Counted from the stretch's first letter, positions 43,284 to 52,330 are shown. The stretch: DNA of 64,000 bases from Ruminococcus sp. (GCA_017534595.1 JAFXVY010000126.1:16020-80019), one strand, 5' to 3'. Notes: a model not told the origin generated them from the sequence alone. Made by a program: numbers and translations.

Positions 43284-44033
43284 ATGCGTTTTGATATTGC
43301 CACACTTTTTCCCGAGGCTCTCGATTTCTGGCTCTCGCAGAGCGTTATAGGCCGTGCCCGCGCCCGGGGACTCTTTACCGCGGAGTGTCACAACATCCGC
43401 GATTACGCCTTCAACAAGCACCGCCGCGTCGATGACACCCCCTACTCAGAGCGGCAGGGAATGCTTATGCAGTGCGAGCCGATATACCGCTGCTGGCAGG
43501 CAATCTGCGATATGACCCGCTCCCAGCCGCACGTTATCTATATGTCCCCGCAGGGAAAGACCCTTACGCAGCAGCGCTGTGTCGAGCTTGCGGGTATGGA
43601 GCATATAATGATACTGTGCGGGCACTATGAGGGGGTCGATCAGCGGATACTTGACAAGATCGTGGATGAGGAGATCTCGGTGGGGGACTATGTGCTCACC
43701 GGCGGCGAGCTGCCGGCGCTGACGCTCGTTGACAGCGTCGTGAGGCTTCTGGACGGCGTTCTCGCCGAGCCGGACTGCTTCGAGGACGAGAGCCATTTCT
43801 GCGGCCTGCTCGAATACCCTCAGTACACCCGCCCGGAGGTGTGGCAGGGGGAGAGAGTGCCGGAGATACTGCTCTCGGGACACCATGCGAACATACTGAA
43901 ATGGCGTCACGAGCAGGCTTTGCTGACCACTGCGAAAAAGCGTCCCGAAATGCTTGAGGACTATCCGCTGACCGACGAGGATTTGTCTATAATCACTAAC
44001 GGCGTAGGCAATTTTGACAACAAAAAAATCTGA
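43284..44033 (+). CDS. trmD: tRNA (guanine37-N1)-methyltransferase TrmD
   Basis: SPQG, GHYEGVDQR and VGDYVLTGGELPA motifs. Confidence 0.92.
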   Translation: MRFDIATLFPEALDFWLSQSVIGRARARGLFTAECHNIRDYAFNKHRRVDDTPYSERQGMLMQCEPIYRCWQAICDMTRSQPHVIYMSPQGKTLTQQRCVELAGMEHIMILCGHYEGVDQRILDKIVDEEISVGDYVLTGGELPALTLVDSVVRLLDGVLAEPDCFEDESHFCGLLEYPQYTRPEVWQGERVPEILLSGHHANILKWRHEQALLTTAKKRPEMLEDYPLTDEDLSIITNGVGNFDNKKI

Positions 44034-44205
44034 AACTCTCCAAACGTGAACAAACTGCTGATGATTGTGAAATGATTTTGTCCAAAGTGTCTCAATGAGT
44101 TAATATTTTTTGTGCAGCTTGTATACCTATAAACAATTCTTAATCGTTGTACTTGGCAATTCGCCAAAATATCTACAGATTTTGTGTGTTTGGTAATAAT
44201 TTGCG

Positions 44206-44234
44206 TTGACGGGTTCGGGGACTTCTTGTATAAT
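44206..44234 (+). promoter_or_regulatory. SigA-type promoter of ptsH
   Basis: TTGACG, 17 nt, TATAAT. Confidence 0.55.
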
Positions 44235-44319
44235 GTAGGTATAGAAGTTATCAAAGGGTTATTCGTTATCCGCAAAGTTTCATGCTTTGCGGAAATCTAA
44301 TGAATGGAGAGATTTAATT

Positions 44320-44592
44320 ATGTTCGTAAAAGACGTTGTAGTTCAGAATCAGGTTGGACTTCATGCCCGTCCCGCTACTTTCTTCATCCAGAAGGCAAAC
44401 GAGTTCAAGAGCTCGATTTGGATCGAGAAGGAAGAGAGAAGAGTAAATGCCAAGAGCCTTCTCGGTATTCTTTCTCTCGGTATCGTAGGCGGCACAACTA
44501 TCAGGATCATTGCTGACGGTTCCGATGAGCAGGCAGCAGTAGAGGGTCTGGTAGAACTCGTAGACAGCGGTTTCTCCGAGGAAGCAAGATAA
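44320..44592 (+). CDS. ptsH: phosphocarrier protein HPr
   Basis: Active-site GLHARPA (His15) and regulatory NAKSLLGIL (Ser46). ATG at 44320 after ATGGAGAG. Confidence 0.92.
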   Translation: MFVKDVVVQNQVGLHARPATFFIQKANEFKSSIWIEKEERRVNAKSLLGILSLGIVGGTTIRIIADGSDEQAAVEGLVELVDSGFSEEAR

Positions 44593-44607
44593 GCTTGAGA
44601 TATTAGC

Positions 44608-44636
44608 AAGGCGCAGCTTTATGCTGCGCCTTTTTT
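44608..44636. terminator. rho-independent terminator after ptsH (shared with the convergent small ORF)
   Basis: Stem AAGGCGCAGC / GCTGCGCCTT followed by TTTT. Confidence 0.8.
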
Positions 44637-44658
44637 CATGCCCTGATATCTGCCGGGT

Positions 44659-44883
44659 CTACCTCGGGAGCAGAGGGTCTGTGCCGAAGGGGAAAAGATC
44701 GCGGTTCTCACCGTACTGCTCGGCGGTGAGGTCTCCGCCGCCGGGGATAAGGCCGGTCATCTCACCCGCCGATGCCGCCCCCGAATCGAGTATATCGCCC
44801 TCCGCTCCGCCGAGGATCTCCGGGACGAGCTCCTTCTTTACGCCCTCTATGCCGGAGGACATCTTCTTTCTGCGCTTGGTCAT
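44659..44883 (-). CDS. small (74-aa) Gly-rich hypothetical protein
   Basis: ATG at 44883 follows AAAGGAGTTG with a 5-nt spacer. It fills the otherwise empty 400-bp gap between the ptsH terminator and pyrK. MTKRRKKMSSGIEGVKKELVPEILGG... Confidence 0.5.
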   Translation of the reverse strand: MTKRRKKMSSGIEGVKKELVPEILGGAEGDILDSGAASAGEMTGLIPGGGDLTAEQYGENRDLFPFGTDPLLPR

Positions 44884-45034
44884 GCTATCAACTCCTTTGC
44901 TCGGACAACTGTCCGGGAATAGTATGTGCAGAAGCGGGAGCAGTATGCTGCGCAGGCCGAATTTTCCCGTTCTTATTGACACCGCCCGCCGAATAAGTTA
45001 TAATAAATATATCCTGAAAATAGGAGGGACTCAG

Positions 45035-45802
45035 ATGTACAAACAGGGACTTTACCCAATTATCAAGAAAACTGCCTCCGCAAAGGGGATATTCGATATC
45101 ACCGTGCTTTGCCCGGAGGTCGCCGAGCTCGCACAGGCAGGGCAGTTCGCACAGCTGCTCGCCGAGGGCTTCTTCCTTCGCAGACCTATCTCCATCTGTC
45201 AGATCGACAATGCGGCGGGTACCGTAAGAATGGTGTTTGAGGTTCGCGGAAACGGCACCGAGGCGCTCTCAAGGCTCAACGTCGGAGATAACATAGACCT
45301 CATCGCTCCCCTCGGTCACGGCTTTACAAAGCGCGAGGGCAGAGCGGTCTGCATAGGCGGAGGGATAGGCGTACCCCCCATGCTCGGCATTGCTTCCGGG
45401 TACGGCGCCGATGCAGCGGTCATAACCGGGTTCAGGAACGCCGCCGCGGTCATCCTTCAGGAGGACTTCAAGGCTGCCGGCTGCGAGACAATACTCTGTA
45501 CAGATGACGGGTCTGCGGGCATCCACGGGTTCGTCACCACGGCTCTCGAGGAATATTTAAAGTCCAATAAAACGGACAGTATATACGCCTGTGGACCTAT
45601 GCCGATGCTCAGAGCAGTCGCCGCGATCGCCGAAAGAGAGGGCATTTTCTGCGAGGTATCGCTTGAGCAGAGAATGGCCTGCGGCGTCGGAGCCTGCCTC
45701 GGCTGCGCCTGCCGGATAATGCAGGACGGCAAAGAGGTCTTCAAGCACGTCTGCAAGGACGGCCCCGTATTCAACGCAAGGGAGGTGATCTTTGATGGCT
45801 GA
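45035..45802 (+). CDS. pyrK: dihydroorotate dehydrogenase B electron-transfer subunit
   Basis: FAD/NAD-binding fold and C-terminal 2Fe-2S motif MACGVGACLGCAC. ATG at 45035 after TAGGAGGGA. Overlaps the pyrD start. Confidence 0.88.
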   Translation: MYKQGLYPIIKKTASAKGIFDITVLCPEVAELAQAGQFAQLLAEGFFLRRPISICQIDNAAGTVRMVFEVRGNGTEALSRLNVGDNIDLIAPLGHGFTKREGRAVCIGGGIGVPPMLGIASGYGADAAVITGFRNAAAVILQEDFKAAGCETILCTDDGSAGIHGFVTTALEEYLKSNKTDSIYACGPMPMLRAVAAIAEREGIFCEVSLEQRMACGVGACLGCACRIMQDGKEVFKHVCKDGPVFNAREVIFDG

Positions 45803-46706
45803 TCTGAGAGTTAGTCTGGCGGGAGTGGAGTTCAAAAACCCCGTCATCCCCGCAAGCGGAACCTACGGCTACGGCAGGGAGTATGAGGCGCTTTACCCTC
45901 TCTCAAAGCTCGGAGGGATCTCCGTCAAGGGTACCACGCTCCATGAGCGAAACGGAAACATCCCCCCGCGTATCGCAGAAACCCCCATGGGTATGCTCAA
46001 CTCGGTAGGCCTCCAGAACGGCGGTGCCGAGAAGTTCATAAAGTATGAGCTGCCGAACCTCGTCACCAAGGATACCCGCATCGTTGCGAATATCGCGGGC
46101 TCCACGATAGAGGAGTGCGCAGAGCTGGCGGGTATGCTCAACGATACTGCTGTGGATATGGTGGAGCTTAACATCTCCTGCCCTAATGTCAAGGCGGGAG
46201 GCGCCGCCTTCGGCACCGACTGCACAGTCGCCGGAGCCGTTACAAAGGCGGTCAGGGATGCTTGCAGCAAGCCGCTTATGGTCAAGCTCTCGCCGAACGT
46301 GACGAGCATAACCGAGATCGCGAAGTCGGTGGAGGCCAACGGTGCGGATGCGGTGTCGCTCATCAATACGCTGCTGGGTATGCGTATCGACATAAAGACC
46401 CGGAGACCCGTGCTGCACAATAATGTCGGCGGACTTTCGGGGCCGGCGGTGTTCCCGGTGGCGGTCAGGATGGTATGGCAGACAGCGAACGCAGTGAAGA
46501 TACCCGTTTGCGGGATGGGAGGAATCTCGACGGCGGAGGATGCGATAGAGATGATGATGGCGGGAGCGTCGGCTGTTCAGGTAGGAGCGGCGATATTCCG
46601 CGATCCGTATGCGCCGGTGAAGATCATAGACGGGATGAACGAATGGTGTGACAGGAACGGCATAAAGGCGATAAAGGACATAGTCGGAACAGTAAAGCCG
46701 TGGTAA
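45792..46706 (+). CDS. pyrD: dihydroorotate dehydrogenase B catalytic subunit
   Basis: Class 1B DHOD motifs (NPVIPASGT, ELNISCPN, VKLSPN, GGLSGP). Confidence 0.92.
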   Translation: MMADLRVSLAGVEFKNPVIPASGTYGYGREYEALYPLSKLGGISVKGTTLHERNGNIPPRIAETPMGMLNSVGLQNGGAEKFIKYELPNLVTKDTRIVANIAGSTIEECAELAGMLNDTAVDMVELNISCPNVKAGGAAFGTDCTVAGAVTKAVRDACSKPLMVKLSPNVTSITEIAKSVEANGADAVSLINTLLGMRIDIKTRRPVLHNNVGGLSGPAVFPVAVRMVWQTANAVKIPVCGMGGISTAEDAIEMMMAGASAVQVGAAIFRDPYAPVKIIDGMNEWCDRNGIKAIKDIVGTVKPW

Positions 46707-46807
46707 GTCCTAACGCGGACGGCGCAGTTCCGCCTTTGGTTTATGGAGTGCAGGAAAACACTTCGGTTTGACGGCGGGCTGAGCAAAGCTGTGTGACCCC
46801 AACGCAA
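46707..46807 (+). repeat. ~101-nt intergenic element, tandem copy 1
   Basis: Starts at the base after the pyrD stop codon. Near-identical to 46808-46907, with identity over the first ~35 nt and few substitutions over ~85 nt. Confidence 0.9.
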
Positions 46808-46907
46808 GTCCTAACGCGGACGGCGCAGTTCCGCCTTTGGTTCATGTGGTGCAGGAAAGCACTTTGGTTTGACGGCGGGCTGAGCAAAGTGTGAGGCCAT
46901 AACGCGG
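46808..46907 (+). repeat. ~101-nt intergenic element, tandem copy 2
   Basis: Direct repeat of 46707-46807. A third, inverted copy lies at 9831-9912. Confidence 0.9.
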
Positions 46908-47000
46908 CATCTGCGACTGCGGCTCCGTATAAAGCAGGAGTGTCGGGCGGAGAGCGAACAAGCGAACAAGTACAAATAATCGTACAGTTTAATAAGGTGA

Positions 47001-47044
47001 CGAAAACAAAAACCGGGGCCGCCGCGAAAACGCAGCAGCCCCGT
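47001..47044 (-). terminator. rho-independent terminator (minus strand) downstream of the DUF5131 module
   Basis: On the minus strand: CGGGGC...GCCCCG stem followed by GTTTTTGTTTTCG. Confidence 0.5.
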
Positions 47045-47187
47045 ATCCAAAACAGAGACAGAATTAAATAACAGATAATTCTGTTATTTACAAGGCCGTA
47101 CACGGAGACGCTGTCTGCGAAGCATGGGTATGCCTCCTGCCTGACCCGCCGCAGACGCAGCAAAATGCCGCAGCTCTGTTTTGTGCG

Positions 47188-47676
47188 TTAGTTAAGCGCC
47201 GAGCGTACACGCCCCGAAACGTAGGAGCGGGTGTTCCACCAGCCGTCGTGATCGTAGTAGAAGCGAAGATAGGGAGTTCCCGAAAGCTGGCATTCGCGGC
47301 GGAAGCGCGTAGCGTTGCTCGCCTCGGAAAGCACCTCGACCTGTAATGCGATGCGGCCGCCCTGCGTGAAGGTGAATAATGTGCCCCTCGTCCGGGGAGC
47401 AGGGGAGGCCGTAACCGTGTATTCCGGGAAATCAGCCGCGAATACATGGCTGAAATAATCAACATAGCTGCCGTTGTAAGAGAACTGGTTCTCCTCCGCA
47501 GGCATTACGGGCCCCCACGAAAGCCCCGTCTGAGGAGCCTGCGCCGCCTGACGTACAGGCTCGTCGTAACGGTCCGCTTCCTTGGCTGCGGTGTCGGTAA
47601 AATATTTCTTCTCCTCGCCGAACATATCGGCTGCCGCCTTTTCGGCACGGTTAAAGAGCTTGGAAAACAGGCTCAT
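47188..47676 (-). CDS. hypothetical 162-aa protein, partner of DUF5131
   Basis: RBS AAGGAGGA 7 nt before the ATG, 18 nt after the DUF5131 stop. No motif recognised with confidence. Confidence 0.6.
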   Translation of the reverse strand: MSLFSKLFNRAEKAAADMFGEEKKYFTDTAAKEADRYDEPVRQAAQAPQTGLSWGPVMPAEENQFSYNGSYVDYFSHVFAADFPEYTVTASPAPRTRGTLFTFTQGGRIALQVEVLSEASNATRFRRECQLSGTPYLRFYYDHDGWWNTRSYVSGRVRSALN

Positions 47677-47694
47677 ATATATTCCTCCTTATTA

Positions 47695-48411
47695 TCACGG
47701 CAGGTTTATCCCCGCCTTTAATGCCTGTGAATGCTGGATGTGCCGCGGGATCCGGTAAAGTCTGCCGTCCTTGCGGAACAGCGCCCCCGTCTGCTTGAAG
47801 TAGAAGCGGGTGCGGTATTGCTCGCACTGGCTTCGCAGGAAGAGTACCCAGCCGTAGTCGCAGACCCTTGCCCCGCTGCCCGATTCTCCCCCGCAGGTGA
47901 TCTGCTCGATACGCCCCGAGGCAAGATATTTGGATATGTCCACCCGGCCGAGCATCGGCTCTGTGATGACCTCAAGATGCCGTAAAGGCAGCGAAAGCGC
48001 GATAGGCAAACGCCTGTCCGCATTGAGCTGATCCTCGCAGGTGACGGAAAGCGTCACGTTATCGTAGCCGCTGCCCCAGTCGGAGGGGAGCGAAACATAA
48101 AACCTGTCCGGACGCTTGGTGATGATCTCGAAGTGCAGATCGCTGCGCCTGCGTATCATCTCCCACGCCTCGGCACGCCAGCCGTCCGCTTCGGAGACGA
48201 AAAAATCCGAGGTCATGCAGGTGAAGACCGTCCCCTCGCCCGAAAGCCGGTAAGCGCCGTTTCTGTCGCAGCGCAGAGGAAGATCGAAGGATGAGGTCTT
48301 CGTGACCACCGAGCTGTCCTTGCCGAACTCGGCGTCACGGCGGTACATATAGCAGTTTCGGCAGCCCTCGCTGATCTTGTGGCAGCCGTGCCAGGGGTTC
48401 CAGATCTCCAT
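47695..48411 (-). CDS. DUF5131 (phage Gp37/Gp68) family protein
   Basis: N-terminus MEIWNPWHGCHKISEGCRNCYMY with the family's three-Cys motif. Confidence 0.8.
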   Translation of the reverse strand: MEIWNPWHGCHKISEGCRNCYMYRRDAEFGKDSSVVTKTSSFDLPLRCDRNGAYRLSGEGTVFTCMTSDFFVSEADGWRAEAWEMIRRRSDLHFEIITKRPDRFYVSLPSDWGSGYDNVTLSVTCEDQLNADRRLPIALSLPLRHLEVITEPMLGRVDISKYLASGRIEQITCGGESGSGARVCDYGWVLFLRSQCEQYRTRFYFKQTGALFRKDGRLYRIPRHIQHSQALKAGINLP

Positions 48412-48461
48412 TTCAGATCACCGCCCGTATGCTCGATTTATGCCGGATCGCTTCCTTTTAC

Positions 48462-48491
48462 AGTATAACACAGCCCCCGGCGGTTCGTCAA
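48462..48491 (-). promoter_or_regulatory. SigA-type promoter of the DUF5131 module
   Basis: On the minus strand: TTGACG, 18 nt, TGt-TATACT. Confidence 0.5.
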
Positions 48492-48636
48492 TGGAAATTC
48501 CCATTTTTTTCATTATTAACCGACAAAAGATTTGATTTTTTATTTCAGACTTGTAAATTTAATGCCAAGAATTCGTTAAATTTACAATTTGTTAATGCTG
48601 TGTTTACAGTATATGCAATATTGCACGGTTGCTTTT

Positions 48637-48645
48637 TGGTATAAT
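48637..48645 (+). promoter_or_regulatory. extended -10 promoter element upstream of the response-regulator gene
   Basis: TGgTATAAT. No good -35 at 17 nt. About 115-nt leader. Confidence 0.4.
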
Positions 48646-48759
48646 GATAGTATATATTATAAACAGATTTTTAAGAATATTATGCTGTTTTCAGAACAGA
48701 TAAACGCTGAAAAACCAAACTGAAAACAGAGAAATATAAAATTTGAGGAGGATAACGTT

Positions 48760-49464
48760 ATGTCGCTTGGAAGAGTCCTTGTAGTTGATGATGACAAGAA
48801 TATATGTGAGCTGCTCAGGCTCTATCTCGAAAAGGAAGGCTACGGCGTCATACTTGCGCATGACGGCGAGGAGGCTGTCGTTAAGTTCAGCGCCCTCAAG
48901 CCGGATATCATCCTGCTCGACATCATGCTGCCGACTATGGACGGCTGGCAGGTATGCCGTGAGATCAGGAAGAAGTCCAATGTTCCGATAATCATGATCA
49001 CCGCCAAGCAGGAGACCTTTGATAAGGTCCTCGGCCTGGAGCTCGGTGCCGATGACTATATCGTAAAGCCCTTCGATACCAAGGAGGTCATCGCAAGGAT
49101 CAAGGCGGTATACCGCCGCGTAGGTCAGAATGCCGGCGAGCAGGAGATCAAGGAAGTCAAGTACGATAAGCTCTCTGTCAATATGACAAGATATGAGCTG
49201 AGAGTTGACGGCAAGGTCATTGATACTCCGCCCAAGGAGCTCGAGCTGCTGTTCCACCTCGCATCCAATCCGAACCGCGTATATACGCGCGATCAGCTCC
49301 TTGACGAGGTCTGGGGCTTCGAGTATTACGGCGATTCGAGAACTATCGACGTTCATGTAAAGAGGCTTCGTGAAAAGCTCGAGGGCGTTTCAGACAAGTG
49401 GGCTCTCAAGACCGTCTGGGGCGTAGGCTATAAGTTCGAGGTCGCGGAAGGAACTCATGAATAA
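48760..49464 (+). CDS. OmpR-family response regulator
   Basis: Receiver domain (DD..., LDIMLP, K-site) plus winged-helix output (TRDQLLDEVWG..., DVHVKRLREKL). Confidence 0.92.
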   Translation: MSLGRVLVVDDDKNICELLRLYLEKEGYGVILAHDGEEAVVKFSALKPDIILLDIMLPTMDGWQVCREIRKKSNVPIIMITAKQETFDKVLGLELGADDYIVKPFDTKEVIARIKAVYRRVGQNAGEQEIKEVKYDKLSVNMTRYELRVDGKVIDTPPKELELLFHLASNPNRVYTRDQLLDEVWGFEYYGDSRTIDVHVKRLREKLEGVSDKWALKTVWGVGYKFEVAEGTHE

Positions 49465-50872
49465 CGGCAAAAGCATATTTATTAAATACTTTATGATCTG
49501 TTCAGCAGTAATACTCATAAGCTTTATATGCTTAGGCGCAGTATTACTGCTTGTTTCTTCCCGCTATTTTTTGCAGGAGAAAAAGGATCTGTTAAAAAAG
49601 AACGTCGAATCAGCCTCCTCTGCGGTCATGCAGATGATCTCCGATTCGCCTACGGGTTGGAGGGAAGAGGCTGTGCGTACCGTCAGCGGTATGGCGGCGG
49701 GCAGCAATATCGAGCTGATATTCTGCGATAAGAACGGAAACATCATCGCCGGCTCCGATGCAAGAGGAAGCTATGCCGACAGGACTGTCGACAGCACCCT
49801 GCTCTCCAATTTCGGAGAGGAAGCATCGTATGTCAGAGCTGCGGTCGGCGACGATGAGGACGAATCGCATATCGTCGGGGTGAGCTTCAAGGTCAGCGGC
49901 CCCGAATACTATGTGCTCGCAATGACCCCCAAGGCCGAGCAGGACGACTACATCTGGCAGATAATGCGGGTGTTCCTGCTTTCGATACTCCTGGTGTTCA
50001 TTGTGGTCGTTATCTTCGTTTACTTTATCGCGGGACGTCTTTCTGCGCCCATAATCCAGATTGCGGACGTTTCGAGAAGGCTCGGAAAGGGAGATTTCTC
50101 CGTCCAGCTGCCGAAGTACGATATCTATGAGATGCAGGAGCTCGCCAACGCCTTCAACGATATGGCGGCCTCGCTGAAAAACTACGATACCATGAGAAAC
50201 AGCTTCATAGCCAATGTTTCCCATGAGCTGCGTACCCCCATGACCTCTATCGGCGGCTTCATCGACGGCATCCTCGACGGGACCATCCCCCCCGAGCAGC
50301 ACGAGTATTATCTCAGGATAATCTCCTCTGAGGTCGCAAGACTTACAAGACTTGTCCGCTCGATGCTCAACCTCGCCAAGATAGAGGCCGGTGAGCTCAA
50401 GCTCAACTGCACAAAGTTCTCGGTGCTCGAGCCGATAGTCGATACCCTCGTGACCTTCGAGAAGCGTCTCGAAGCCAAGAGTATCGAGATACGCGGCCTC
50501 GATACCGACAGATACAACCTCTATGCGGATAACGACCTAATCCATCAGGTCATGTATAACCTTATAGAGAATGCGATAAAGTTCGTGGACGAGAACGGCT
50601 ATATCGAGTTCAATTTCGACAGCGTCGGCCCCATGACGGTCATCGCTATCAGAAACAGCGGCGAGGGACTCAGTGAGGACGAGCTGCCGCTGGTGTTCGA
50701 CAGATTTTACAAGACAGATAAATCCCGCGGCCTCGATGCAACAGGCGTGGGTCTCGGACTCAATATCGTCCGCTCGATAATCAGACTTCACGGCGGAAAG
50801 ATAATGGTCAGAAGCGTAAAGGGCGAGTATACCGAGTTCGTGTTTACTGTGCCCAACAAGCCGATAGATTGA
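49457..50872 (+). CDS. sensor histidine kinase (2 TM, HAMP, HisKA, HATPase_c)
   Basis: H-box NVSHELRTPMTSI, N-box NLIENAIKF, G-boxes GLGLNIV. Overlaps the response-regulator stop. Confidence 0.9.
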   Translation: MNNGKSIFIKYFMICSAVILISFICLGAVLLLVSSRYFLQEKKDLLKKNVESASSAVMQMISDSPTGWREEAVRTVSGMAAGSNIELIFCDKNGNIIAGSDARGSYADRTVDSTLLSNFGEEASYVRAAVGDDEDESHIVGVSFKVSGPEYYVLAMTPKAEQDDYIWQIMRVFLLSILLVFIVVVIFVYFIAGRLSAPIIQIADVSRRLGKGDFSVQLPKYDIYEMQELANAFNDMAASLKNYDTMRNSFIANVSHELRTPMTSIGGFIDGILDGTIPPEQHEYYLRIISSEVARLTRLVRSMLNLAKIEAGELKLNCTKFSVLEPIVDTLVTFEKRLEAKSIEIRGLDTDRYNLYADNDLIHQVMYNLIENAIKFVDENGYIEFNFDSVGPMTVIAIRNSGEGLSEDELPLVFDRFYKTDKSRGLDATGVGLGLNIVRSIIRLHGGKIMVRSVKGEYTEFVFTVPNKPID

Positions 50873-50904
50873 TCTGACAGATCGGCGCAAAGGAGGTGAG
50901 ACGG

Positions 50905-52308
50905 GTGGATGAGTTTGAAAACGGCATCGGGCAGAGTGAGGAGCATGAAGAATCATATCAGCCGCAGGAGCAGGTGACGGAAGAGGTCACCGAGGCTGCG
51001 GAAGAAGCCGTGCGAGAGGAACCGGAGGAGGCTCCCGAGCCTATACGCCCCGCGTCGGGCACCGCTTATGCCGACCCGTACTTCAACGTCCCGCCTGTGC
51101 TTGCCGACGCCGCTGCGCTCGATAAGGAGGCCTTCTGGAAAAACATAGCCGCCGAAGGCAGGAAACGCCGCAGGCATAAGATCTCGCCGCTTATAATCAT
51201 ATTGGCGGTGCTGCTGCTGATAATAGCCGCAGTCACGCTGATAACCATAATCAACGGCAAGGGCTGGCTGCTCCGGGCGCTCAACGGCGGAAAGAGCATA
51301 GATTTCACCCTGCCCGCCGCGAATAAGCCGATATCCTCGGAATCCGCTTATCAGGCGGACGGCAGATATACCGTCGAGGGAGTGGCGGAGGCGCTGATGC
51401 CCTCGATAGTCGAGATACAGATCTATACCTCCAAGACCGCGATCATGCCCTCAAGCCAGGGCAGCGGCATCATCGCTTCTGAGGACGGATATATCGTCAC
51501 CAACGCTCACGTTGTCGATGAAGCGGAAAAGATAAAAGTTCATCTGAACACCGGCGAGGAGTATGCCGCGGATATCGTCGGTTCCGACCCGACCGCGGAT
51601 ATAGCCGTGGTCAAGATCGGCAAAAAGGGTCTCACACCCGCCACCTTCGGCAACTCGGACGAGGCCAAGCTCGGCGAGGATGTGGTGGTCATCGGCTCGC
51701 CTGCCGGCTTCTACGGCTCGGTAACAAAGGGCATCGTCTCCGGCATAGACCGGCTTATCAAGGTCGAGAGCTTCTCGATACCGATGAAGTGTCTGCAGGT
51801 CGATGCAGCCATAAACCCCGGCAACTCCGGCGGAGCGCTTGTAAATATGTGGGGTCAGGTCGTGGGGATAGTCAGCTCTAAGCTGGCCTCGCGCACCTAC
51901 TACGGCATAGGCTTCGCGATCACCATAAACGCCGCTAAGCCGATAATCGAGGATATCATCGCCAGAGGCTATGTGGCCGAATGGCCGAAGATAGGCATAA
52001 CCTTCTATACGATCAGCAAGGAGTATGCTGAGAGCGCAGGCGTCAAGCCCGGACTCTATATCGTTGAGATCGACCCCGAATGCGATATCGCCAATTCGGG
52101 TCTGCAGGTCGGGGACATCATCACCTTTATGGACGGCAAGGCCCGCACCACTACCGACGACGTCCGCGAGATGCTCAAAGCGCACAGCCCGGGGGATGTC
52201 ATAGATGCAAAGGTATACCGTCCCGAGGCAGAAAACAAGGGCACCGAGTTCGAGATAAGCTATGTGCTTGCCGCCGACAGCCCCTCATTTGTACAAAAAA
52301 CGGAGTGA
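50905..52308 (+). CDS. HtrA/DegP-family serine protease with PDZ domain
   Basis: TNAHVV (His), GNSGGALVN (Ser), C-terminal PDZ. One TM. Likely GTG start at 50905, 6 nt after AAGGAGGTG (the ORF-track start at 50896 lies inside the SD). Confidence 0.85.
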   Translation: MDEFENGIGQSEEHEESYQPQEQVTEEVTEAAEEAVREEPEEAPEPIRPASGTAYADPYFNVPPVLADAAALDKEAFWKNIAAEGRKRRRHKISPLIIILAVLLLIIAAVTLITIINGKGWLLRALNGGKSIDFTLPAANKPISSESAYQADGRYTVEGVAEALMPSIVEIQIYTSKTAIMPSSQGSGIIASEDGYIVTNAHVVDEAEKIKVHLNTGEEYAADIVGSDPTADIAVVKIGKKGLTPATFGNSDEAKLGEDVVVIGSPAGFYGSVTKGIVSGIDRLIKVESFSIPMKCLQVDAAINPGNSGGALVNMWGQVVGIVSSKLASRTYYGIGFAITINAAKPIIEDIIARGYVAEWPKIGITFYTISKEYAESAGVKPGLYIVEIDPECDIANSGLQVGDIITFMDGKARTTTDDVREMLKAHSPGDVIDAKVYRPEAENKGTEFEISYVLAADSPSFVQKTE

Positions 52309-52330
52309 TACTGGATCACTCCGATTTTTG
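52301..52330 (+). terminator. rho-independent terminator overlapping the htrA stop
   Basis: Stem CGGAGTGAT / ATCACTCCG followed by ATTTTTG. Confidence 0.7.

Noticed and set aside
44621-45034. N-terminal 138-aa extension of the pyrK ORF
   Set aside because: The extension overlaps the ptsH terminator and the convergent small ORF, and is Pro/Ser/Arg-rich nonsense-like sequence. A strong RBS (TAGGAGGGA) precedes the ATG at 45035, where PyrK homology begins.
47695-48411. Prophage or mobile element inferred from the phage Gp37/Gp68 (DUF5131) gene
   Set aside because: There are no integrase, terminase, capsid, repressor or att-like features, and no transposase anywhere in the window. Only the two-gene module is present.
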